Assembly (NCBI GenBank): GCA_036918135.1
Contig: JBALDB010000065.1
Coordinates: forward strand, 1 to 64,000
Reading direction: 5' to 3'
Length of the DNA stretch: 64,000 nt
Source: Nostoc sp.
Lineage (GTDB): Bacteria; Cyanobacteriota; Cyanobacteriia; Cyanobacteriales; Nostocaceae
Made by a program: the position numbers and the translations under genes. Shown here in pieces: positions 32,083 through 39,733 of the stretch. Under the pieces are notes generated by a model, which was given only the letters and a program-made list of their open reading frames with translations, was not told the origin of the DNA and did not search any database. Numbering within the stretch: the first letter of the stretch is position 1; each line of letters starts with the position of its first letter.

Positions 32083-32736
32083 TTGGCAGCAGTCCGAGTC
32101 CGCCAACATGTTAATCCACTTGCCCAAAAGTATCAAACACCAGTAAGTCCTCTTGACTGGGAAAAAGTTTATGCCAAGCCAAATCAATCGCTACATCTAG
32201 ATATTGGCTGTGCTAAGGGACTATTTTTGTTGAATATGGCCAAGATAGAACCAAACTGGAATTTTCTTGGTTTAGAAATTCGGCAACCGCTTGTGCTGGA
32301 GGCGAATAAGTTGCGTTCTCAACTAGGTTTAACAAACCTGCATTACTTATTTTGTAATGTGAATAATTCATTGGAATCGCTTTTATCTTCCCTGCCTTTG
32401 GGAAGTTTACAGCGGGTGACAATTCAATTTCCCGATCCTTGGTTTAAAACCCGCCATGCTAAACGCCGTGTAGTCCAACCAGAACTAGTGGCAGAATTAG
32501 CGAATTATCTTGCAGTTGGGGGGGTTGTATTTCTGCAATCAGATATGAAATTTATCGCAGTGGAAATGCGCGATCGCTTTGCTGCTCACCCAGCTTATCA
32601 GAAAATTGGTACAGAAGAATGGTTAGGCGAAAATCCCCTACCAGTCAGTACAGAACGAGAAATATATACTCAAAACAAGGGTGAACCCGTTTATCGAGCT
32701 TTGTTTGTCAGGCGAGAAACTGTAAATGAGGAATAA
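32083..32736 (+). CDS. trmB: tRNA (guanine-N7)-methyltransferase
   Basis: RVRQHVNP, LDIGCAKG, FPDPWFK.RH.KRR; TTG start with AGGAG RBS. Confidence 0.94.
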   Translation: MAAVRVRQHVNPLAQKYQTPVSPLDWEKVYAKPNQSLHLDIGCAKGLFLLNMAKIEPNWNFLGLEIRQPLVLEANKLRSQLGLTNLHYLFCNVNNSLESLLSSLPLGSLQRVTIQFPDPWFKTRHAKRRVVQPELVAELANYLAVGGVVFLQSDMKFIAVEMRDRFAAHPAYQKIGTEEWLGENPLPVSTEREIYTQNKGEPVYRALFVRRETVNEE

Positions 32737-33043
32737 TAACAGCACAATCTCCAGACACAAAAGTTTTCAGGGCATAAATGTTTTAGTTGCTGCTCAAAAT
32801 TTGAATTGCTGCGATCGCTTCAGGCTTGAATAGCCAGAGAGCATTTTCTTTTACGAGAGCTTTCAGCCCTTATATGAGAATAAATCAGTTTGGGACATTA
32901 GGGACATAAAAGTTTTAGTTCTGTCAAAGCAAAAGTTTTAACAATAAAGTTTATAGCCTTCATGTTGTCTAAAATCTTAGAAGACAAAAGATTTTTTCCG
33001 GAAAACTGGACTATTTAATCTTGGTACTCATATTTGATAGCTT

Positions 33044-34246
33044 ATGACATTTATATTGAACTCCAATAATGTTTTCGACTATTTAATTGAGCATGACTTA
33101 TTTACTCAATCAGAACAATCTCTCACCAAGATTGAGGCGATAGCTGCTAAAAATTTTAATTTATTACTCAGCTTGTCAGACGGTCGTAGGCTTCTTGTTA
33201 AGCAAGAACGGCACAATCACGATGGGAAAACGGCGGGTGAGTTTTTAGATGAGTGGCGAATTCAAGAATTATTACAAAAATTTTCCGAATTTAATTACGC
33301 AAGACCATTTTTACCAGAGACACTGCATTTTGATAGAGAAAATTCGATTATTGTCTTTAGATATTTAGATGATTATCGGGATTTAAACGATTTCTATATG
33401 AAGGGAAATATATTTCCTCCAACAATAGCAGCGGCTATTGGGAGTTTTTTAGCAACAATCCATCGTCAAACCTTCAACTGCCAAAAATATCAAGATTTCT
33501 TCTCTCAAAATTCGGATAAGATAAAATCCGATCTGGTATTGCTTTTGATTCGGAAATTGGAGCATATTGGCCCAGAAATTTTTGGTTTAGTACCTGCTGA
33601 TGGATTGAAGTTTTTTGCGCTGTATCAGCGATATGATAGCCTGGGACAAGCACTTAGAGAACTGAGTACAGCTTTTAGTCCCCGATGCTTGACACACAAT
33701 GACTTGAAGCTCAACAACATTCTATTACATCAAGATTGGGAGCAGTCATTCCCTGAAGCCGAAGTATCAGGAGGCATTGTACGACTGATTGATTGGGAGC
33801 GGTCGTCTTGGGGAGATCCAGCTTTTGATTTAGGAACACTTATCGCCAGTTATCTCCAAATTTGGCTCAACAGCTTAATTGTCAGTAAAGAGATGACTAT
33901 CGACGAATCTCTACGCCTAGCTACAACTCCCTTAGAATCCCTCCAACCTTCTATTTATGCTTTGACTAGCGCTTATTTAAAGTCTTTTCCGGAAATTTTG
34001 ACTTACTATCCTGATTTTATCAAGCGAGTTGTGCAATTTTCCGGTTTGGCATTGATTCAAGCAATTCAATCCATAATCCAGTATCAAAAATCTTTTGGCA
34101 ATATGGGTATTTCTATGCTTCAGGTTGCTAAAAGTTTGTTGTGCCGTCCAGAGCAATCTATTCCTACCGTTTTTGGTACGACAGCAGCAGAACTAACTCG
34201 TTTAAGTAGCTCTCACACTGAAGTATTATCTAACCCAAGTTCCTAA
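33044..34246 (+). CDS. APH-fold phosphotransferase; putative RiPP Ser/Thr kinase (LanK/TvaC-like)
   Basis: KNFNL, LVKQE, HNDLKLNNIL (HxD), IDWE, GDPAFDLG; adjacent to the precursors and the HopA1-like gene. Confidence 0.8.
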   Translation: MTFILNSNNVFDYLIEHDLFTQSEQSLTKIEAIAAKNFNLLLSLSDGRRLLVKQERHNHDGKTAGEFLDEWRIQELLQKFSEFNYARPFLPETLHFDRENSIIVFRYLDDYRDLNDFYMKGNIFPPTIAAAIGSFLATIHRQTFNCQKYQDFFSQNSDKIKSDLVLLLIRKLEHIGPEIFGLVPADGLKFFALYQRYDSLGQALRELSTAFSPRCLTHNDLKLNNILLHQDWEQSFPEAEVSGGIVRLIDWERSSWGDPAFDLGTLIASYLQIWLNSLIVSKEMTIDESLRLATTPLESLQPSIYALTSAYLKSFPEILTYYPDFIKRVVQFSGLALIQAIQSIIQYQKSFGNMGISMLQVAKSLLCRPEQSIPTVFGTTAAELTRLSSSHTEVLSNPSS

Positions 34247-34375
34247 TTTGCAGCAGTTTGGTTCCTAGATTTAGTAATTGGGAAGAAATGACTATCCCTT
34301 AGCAGGTTTTAGTAGATAACTATTAATATACGTTGTCTATCAAATAACTTTTTTATATTAAAATCCTTGCAGTTT

Positions 34376-34410
34376 AGGTGAAATAACAGCCTTGTTATTT
34401 CACCTTTTTT
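34376..34410 (+). terminator. intrinsic terminator after the kinase gene
   Basis: AGGTGAAATAACA-GCCT-TGTTATTTCACCT followed by a T run. Confidence 0.7.
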
Positions 34411-34689
34411 ATATAAATAATTTTTATTAATTTAAAAACATTCATTTTTTGAAAATTTAAGTGTATAGTATTGACCGAAAAATAGCCATAACTGTATTAG
34501 ATAAAAAAGTAGAAATTAGTAATTTTATTTAACTAGTAAATAGAAAAAGGCAAAGATGACAAAAAAGATTTAATAAAGGAAGAAAAATAATTATTTATCC
34601 TAACTATTATCTTAATTACTATGACAATATTTAGACATGAACTAAAAAGTTCACTACTCAATTTACTTTATTCAATAAGGAAAAATCTC

Positions 34690-34863
34690 ATGGCTACTAT
34701 CAAAATTCACGACTTAAGTCCCGCTGGTTCTGAACTGTTTCAAGATTCTGAAAGCTTTCTCAACGAGCTAACAGATGAAGAACTGACAGTACATGGAGGT
34801 CTGAGAGCAGCATCAATAACTATTACAGTAACAGTTACTTGGACTTGGACTTGGACTTGGTAA
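34690..34863 (+). CDS. RiPP precursor 1 (57 aa): 37-aa double-Gly leader + core LRAASITITVTVTWTWTWTW
   Basis: Leader MATIKIHDLSPAGSELFQDSESFLNELTDEELTVHGG is nearly identical to those of two downstream ORFs. ATG 34690 has AAGGA upstream; the ORF track over-extends to 34621. Confidence 0.9.
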   Translation: MATIKIHDLSPAGSELFQDSESFLNELTDEELTVHGGLRAASITITVTVTWTWTWTW

Positions 34864-34879
34864 TGATTTAGTTTTGCTT

Positions 34880-34915
34880 AAAAGACAGTGCTGCTTGGCA
34901 GAACTGTCTTTTTTT
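34880..34915 (+). terminator. stem-loop after precursor 1
   Basis: AAAAGACAGTGCTGC-TTG-GCAGAACTGTCTTTT followed by a T run. Confidence 0.7.
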
Positions 34916-34952
34916 GTTCGTATATTTACACAAAATTTGAAGAGGAGAACTA

Positions 34953-35120
34953 ATGGCTACTATCAAAATTGATGACTTAAGTTTGGCTGGTTCCGAACTT
35001 TTTCAAGATTCTGAAAGCTTTCTCAATGAGCTAACAGATGCAGAACTAGGAGTATATGGAGGTTTTAAAACAGAATCATTCACTTATTGTTGGCCTTTGA
35101 CTTGGACTTTGACTTGGTAA
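34953..35120 (+). CDS. RiPP precursor 2 (55 aa, not in ORF track): leader + core FKTESFTYCWPLTWTLTW
   Basis: Hand translation MATIKIDDLSLAGSELFQDSESFLNELTDAELGVYGG|FKTESFTYCWPLTWTLTW*; GAGGAG RBS at 34942-34947. Confidence 0.9.
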   Translation: MATIKIDDLSLAGSELFQDSESFLNELTDAELGVYGGFKTESFTYCWPLTWTLTW

Positions 35121-35177
35121 TTTTGTGAATATATAACCTAAGTTTGTACAAAGACTTACAATTAGTAAGGTTTTAGT

Positions 35178-35216
35178 TCTGCTTGCACGACACGTTGTCT
35201 GTAAGCAGATTTTTTT
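35178..35216 (+). terminator. stem-loop after precursor 2
   Basis: TCTGCTTGCA...TGTAAGCAGA followed by TTTTTT. Confidence 0.6.
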
Positions 35217-35385
35217 AGACTAGATGGATAACAAAGTCAAATTAAAACGTGACATAAAAGTTTTATTTGTGCCTGAAAAAGCATTTTTTTATGTTGTTTT
35301 ACTCAAACCATTATGCCAATATTTAGACATGAACTAAAAAGTTCATAACTTAATTTATTTTACTCAATTAGGAAATCAATTCATC

Positions 35386-35556
35386 ATGGCTAATATCAAG
35401 TTGCATGACTTAAGTCCCGCTGGCTCCGAACTGTTTCAAGATTCTGAAAGCTTTCTCAATGAATTAAATACCGAAGAATTAAACAACGTTAACGGAGGAT
35501 TATTTGGAATAACTATAACTATTACTATAACTATTACACTTACTATTACTTTGTAA
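35386..35556 (+). CDS. RiPP precursor 3 (56 aa, not in ORF track): leader + core LFGITITITITITLTITL
   Basis: Hand translation MANIKLHDLSPAGSELFQDSESFLNELNTEELNNVNGG|LFGITITITITITLTITL*. Confidence 0.9.
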   Translation: MANIKLHDLSPAGSELFQDSESFLNELNTEELNNVNGGLFGITITITITITLTITL

Positions 35557-35585
35557 GATTTAAAGTTATATAGTAGATTTTTCAG

Positions 35586-35624
35586 GATGACTAACAGTAC
35601 TAGCAAATAGCATTGTTAGTCATC
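35586..35624 (+). terminator. stem-loop between precursor 3 and the lyase gene (mRNA stabiliser or attenuator)
   Basis: GATGACTAACAGTACTA-GCAAA-TAGCATTGTTAGTCATC; no U tract. Confidence 0.55.
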
Positions 35625-35665
35625 ATGTGATGTAAATTATGTTTATTTATTAACTAGCTTATTCA

Positions 35666-36787
35666 ATGATTGCTGAATTATTAGAATTTACTCCAAATAA
35701 ATCACCAGAAGCAGACCCACGATTGTGGGATGCTTTAGAAGACATCGTTAATAAAGTTCAAATCGAGTCTGACTTTTGCGTTTGTCACCCAAATTACAAG
35801 CCTTTAGATCTGCCAGATGAGGTGATAGTTCGTTTCAAAAAGATGTCTCAGGATGTTCAAAATAGGTACTTAAATCTGCAATTGCGTAGTTTTCTCTACG
35901 GAATTTATTACAACGGCTCTCTGCAAACAACTCTGGCACTTGATGCAGATTCATCTTATCTGCAACTACACCAAGATTTAGAAAATAACTCTTTCTTAGG
36001 AGTAGACTTGGCGTTTTACGATCGCTTACACAACAGCAATACTGGAGAGGGCTATTTTGATGCTAATTGGTCTGTAGTCAAGCAGGTCGATGATGATACA
36101 TTGATGGTGACAAAGGGCGGTTTGAATTTGTATATTAAACGCGATTATCATTTACAACCAGTCGAACAATCTGCGGTGGTAAGCGACTTAGTTGGGATTC
36201 GACTGCCCAAGAATCGAGTTCAAAATGGATTTTATTTGGCAGTTGGTAATGCTGGCCCCCAAACTATCGGCAATCCAAATCAGCAGCCACAAACTGTACG
36301 CATTTACTTTAATTTGAGTCCTGACGGTGCAGTTGCTCTCATGGGTAGCCTAACACAGCAACTCAATGAAATTAACATTCCTTTCACATTTAAAGCACTA
36401 TACAATCCTGGGGACTACGGTCGCTATGACTCAGCAGTACTTTACTTTGAGAAAAGTTACTACGAAGCAGTTAGACCAATTTTAAAAAGTGTTTATACAG
36501 AAAAGCGATCGCACTTTAATCCAGAAGTGCCATTATTCACAAAATTACTGATGCCAGGGCTAAGTTTGGCAGAAGAACCAAACCAGAGATTTGCAGCCCA
36601 AGAAAGCTTTGGTATCAATCGCTGTCAAATTATTGCTAATGGATTGTTACAAGCTAGCCAACAGGGAAATAACTCTCCACAAGAACGGATGAAAGCTATT
36701 CTCGAAAACTTTTCTCTTCTGGGAATCGAATTACACCGTTCTTATCTTAATGCCAACTCTGAAGACATCTACACACCGTTGAACTAA
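35666..36787 (+). CDS. HopA1-family protein; putative phosphoSer/Thr lyase (LanY-like)
   Basis: RIYFNL, FKAL, YGRYDSAVLYF, LFTK, GLSLAEEP, SFGINRC; paired with the APH kinase. Confidence 0.78.
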   Translation: MIAELLEFTPNKSPEADPRLWDALEDIVNKVQIESDFCVCHPNYKPLDLPDEVIVRFKKMSQDVQNRYLNLQLRSFLYGIYYNGSLQTTLALDADSSYLQLHQDLENNSFLGVDLAFYDRLHNSNTGEGYFDANWSVVKQVDDDTLMVTKGGLNLYIKRDYHLQPVEQSAVVSDLVGIRLPKNRVQNGFYLAVGNAGPQTIGNPNQQPQTVRIYFNLSPDGAVALMGSLTQQLNEINIPFTFKALYNPGDYGRYDSAVLYFEKSYYEAVRPILKSVYTEKRSHFNPEVPLFTKLLMPGLSLAEEPNQRFAAQESFGINRCQIIANGLLQASQQGNNSPQERMKAILENFSLLGIELHRSYLNANSEDIYTPLN

Positions 36788-37797
36788 TGCAAATAATCGA
36801 CCTTGCACCACCAAAAGTAGTAACTTCCAACGAAGTTAATTTCACCAATAGATTTCCCGAATCTGATTTGCCATTTTATCGCAAACTAGGACGAACTGAT
36901 TTAACTGTTAGCGCTCTAGGATTAGGAGGTGGCGGTAAAATCTCTAGTGAAGATACCCTTTACGCTTTCGACCAAGGGATTAACTTCTTTTTTTACTCTA
37001 GCGATTTACACCACTATCTCTACAGCCACATGTCTGAAGGACTACGGAAATTATGCGGGCGTGGCTCCTCTGTGCGAGAAAAAGTAGTACTGGCAACAGT
37101 AAGTTATATCAAAAATCCAGATGCAGCAATGGCAGCCATCATCGACCAATTTGTAGACCTGAGAATGGACTATATTGATGTCTTCTTTTGGGGCTGGATT
37201 GGCACTAGTGATGAGCCAATGTTTGAGAAGTGCTTAGACCGTTCCAACGATTTAAGAGGTGCCGGCAGTATTTACGAGCGTATCGTAGAAAGAATGTTTG
37301 GCGTTTCCGAACGCCTCAAAAAAATGGGGGCTGTTCGTTATATTGGTGCTTCTTTTCATGACTTGGATTTAGCTAACAAATGGCTGAATAATTCTTTAAT
37401 AGATGTGGCGATGGTGAGACATAATGTCGCTCACCGTACTGCTCAAAAATTAGTATTCAACAATTTGCAAGCGGAAGATCCACAGCGATCGGGTATTGTC
37501 ACGTTTAAGTCTGCGGGAATGCATGGGCCTCTGTGGCATCCTCCTGCTGGTTTGCCACAAGGATGTTGGCAACCTTCAGTTCCCGATTTATACCGCTATT
37601 CTTTGAGCCAAAACTGTGTAGATGTCTGCCTGATGGGTTCAGAAAAGCGCGAACATATAGACGCGGCGATCGCAGGCATTCAGCAAGGTAAACTCACCCC
37701 AGAAGAAATAGATTACCTCAACCTTTATGGCGACTTACATCGTAATCGGTTTCAAACCCAAAATATTCCTACAGATAGATTAATTTACCGAGGTTAA
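36787..37797 (+). CDS. aldo/keto-reductase-fold protein with a non-canonical active site
   Basis: YRKLGRTDLTVSALGLG, GINFF, REKVVLAT, L.MDYID, G.VRYIGAS; TAATG coupling to the lyase. Confidence 0.8.
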   Translation: MQIIDLAPPKVVTSNEVNFTNRFPESDLPFYRKLGRTDLTVSALGLGGGGKISSEDTLYAFDQGINFFFYSSDLHHYLYSHMSEGLRKLCGRGSSVREKVVLATVSYIKNPDAAMAAIIDQFVDLRMDYIDVFFWGWIGTSDEPMFEKCLDRSNDLRGAGSIYERIVERMFGVSERLKKMGAVRYIGASFHDLDLANKWLNNSLIDVAMVRHNVAHRTAQKLVFNNLQAEDPQRSGIVTFKSAGMHGPLWHPPAGLPQGCWQPSVPDLYRYSLSQNCVDVCLMGSEKREHIDAAIAGIQQGKLTPEEIDYLNLYGDLHRNRFQTQNIPTDRLIYRG

Positions 37798-37802
37798 TAA
37801 TT

Positions 37803-38603
37803 ATGACAGAAAATTTAGCTACACCAAGAATATCTAGCGGTGAAAACCTTTTAGCAACACTCAAATTACCAGAAATTTCACTCGCAACCAATGAACAAAT
37901 ATTAGACCACCTACGCCATTCATATAAAGTTGCAGCAATTGCCGCTGATGCCGAACAAGAAGTTTTGATTTTGCGCCTCTGCGAACAGTTAGAAATTACA
38001 GTTTCCGAAGATGAACTGCAAGCCGCAGGAGATACCTTTCGCCAAGATCGCAAGTTATTAACGGCTTCAGAAACCTTGGCATGGGTAGCACAGCAGCGTT
38101 TAACAGTAGAACAATGGTCTGAAAGTATTAGAGTAGCACTGCTGACACAAAAGTTAAAAGAACGTCTATTTGGCTCAACTATAGATACTCAATATTTAGT
38201 CGATCCTTATATTTTTAAACGTGTTGCTTTATCTCAGATTCTCGTAGTCGATTTAACAGAAGCTTTGAGAATAGTCCAAGTACTGCAAGAAGATAAGTCT
38301 GCCTTCTGTAGTTTGGCACTACAATACTCTAAAGGTAAGCAGTCCAAAGAGAATGGTGGTTTTGTGGGTGTTCGTTTTGTTTCAGAATTAATGCCGGAAC
38401 TAGGACAAGCTATTGCAGAAGCAAAAGATGGTGATGTGATTGGCCCAATTCAAACCAAATTAGGTTATCACATTGTGAAAGTTGAAAAGTGGTTTTCTCA
38501 TGAGTTCAGAGAAGTTAAAGAACAAGTACTAGAATTTCTGCTTCAAACATGGCTAAAAAGTCAATCTAACCCTGACAGTTTGGCAGCACCACACAATAAT
38601 TAG
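37803..38603 (+). CDS. PpiC/parvulin-type peptidylprolyl isomerase (SurA-like)
   Basis: FCSLALQYS, SKENGG, GPIQTKLGYHIVKV. Confidence 0.85.
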   Translation: MTENLATPRISSGENLLATLKLPEISLATNEQILDHLRHSYKVAAIAADAEQEVLILRLCEQLEITVSEDELQAAGDTFRQDRKLLTASETLAWVAQQRLTVEQWSESIRVALLTQKLKERLFGSTIDTQYLVDPYIFKRVALSQILVVDLTEALRIVQVLQEDKSAFCSLALQYSKGKQSKENGGFVGVRFVSELMPELGQAIAEAKDGDVIGPIQTKLGYHIVKVEKWFSHEFREVKEQVLEFLLQTWLKSQSNPDSLAAPHNN

Positions 38604-38615
38604 AAATAGTACAAT

Positions 38616-38646
38616 TTCCTGGATATTTCTACTCAATATCCAGGAA
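38616..38646 (+). terminator. stem-loop after the PPIase gene
   Basis: TTCCTGGATATT-TCTACTC-AATATCCAGGAA. Confidence 0.55.
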
Positions 38647-38674
38647 TTATTAGAAATAATACAACTATTAAACT

Positions 38675-39631
38675 ATGTCAATACATCATAATCAATCTAA
38701 ACATCAGTATCTCAATCTAAAATATATTGCTAAATTTATGAAAAGATATTTTAAAAAAGTTTGGCTCTTTCTAGGTTTAACTTTTTTATTTAATTATTTA
38801 TTGGTGATTCTATACCTAGCATTAGGTGGTAAATGGGTCGTACCTGGTTCACTGATTATAACTACGACTTATATGTTTATTCCTATGCTCGTTACTGTAG
38901 CGATTCAGAAGTTGATTTATCATGAACCATTACAAAAACCACTTGGTATTTCTTTTAAGTTCAATTCGTGGTTTTTGGTAGCATGGTTATTGCCACCTAT
39001 TCTAGTATTTACTACCTTTGTAGTTAGTCTACTTTTTCCTGGCGTTGAATATTCTCCAGAAATGGCAGGGCTATTTGCACAGTTAGAAACAGTACTCTCT
39101 CCAGAAAAGTTACAGCAGGTACGAACTGAAATTGCAGCTTTGCCAATTCCATTGATTTGGATTAGCTTAATACAGAGTTTAATTGCAGGTGCAACTATCA
39201 ATGCTGTTGCTGCTTTTGGTGAAGAATTAGGTTGGAGAGGGTTACTTCAAAAAGAACTTAATTTTTTAGGGTTCTGGAAGTCATCAGTTATTATCGGTTT
39301 AATATGGGGAATATGGCACGCCCCACTGATTATCCAAGGACATAACTATCCTCAACACCCGTTATTAGGTGTCTTAATGATGACAATTTTTACCTTATTG
39401 TTATCACCAATTTTTAGCTATATCAGACTTAAGTCCCAATCTGTTATTGCTACTTCTATTTTACATGGAACATTGAATGCTACAGCCGGACTGTCTATCT
39501 TAGCAATCAAAGGAGGTAATGATTTAACAGTTGGTATTACAGGTTTTGCTGGTTTTATAGTTTTAGTAACGGTAAACATCGGTCTATTTATTTATGAGTA
39601 TGCCGGGACTAAAAGGTCATTTATCAAGTAA
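38675..39631 (+). CDS. CPBP (CAAX/Abi) intramembrane metalloprotease (start may be 38738)
   Basis: GEELGWRG, WGIWH, ILHGTLN; many TM helices. Confidence 0.9.
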   Translation: MSIHHNQSKHQYLNLKYIAKFMKRYFKKVWLFLGLTFLFNYLLVILYLALGGKWVVPGSLIITTTYMFIPMLVTVAIQKLIYHEPLQKPLGISFKFNSWFLVAWLLPPILVFTTFVVSLLFPGVEYSPEMAGLFAQLETVLSPEKLQQVRTEIAALPIPLIWISLIQSLIAGATINAVAAFGEELGWRGLLQKELNFLGFWKSSVIIGLIWGIWHAPLIIQGHNYPQHPLLGVLMMTIFTLLLSPIFSYIRLKSQSVIATSILHGTLNATAGLSILAIKGGNDLTVGITGFAGFIVLVTVNIGLFIYEYAGTKRSFIK

Positions 39632-39733
39632 AATCCAACAAATAAATTAGTCAATTTTTTGGGGTGGTCGAGACACCACCCTCATAATAATTAATTGAAT
39701 ATTTTTAATTTTTAAATACTTAAAACAGTAGTT

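Noticed and set aside
34621..34689. 23-aa N-terminal extension of precursor 1
   Set aside because: Both paralogues start at the equivalent MA(T/N)IK, and the duplicate upstream of precursor 3 has an in-frame stop.
33044..37797. Calling the cluster a lanthipeptide locus, an aminoglycoside-resistance gene or a T3SS effector
   Set aside because: No cyclase is present and two cores lack Cys. APH and HopA1 are fold labels; the context points to peptide dehydration, and there are no T3SS genes.
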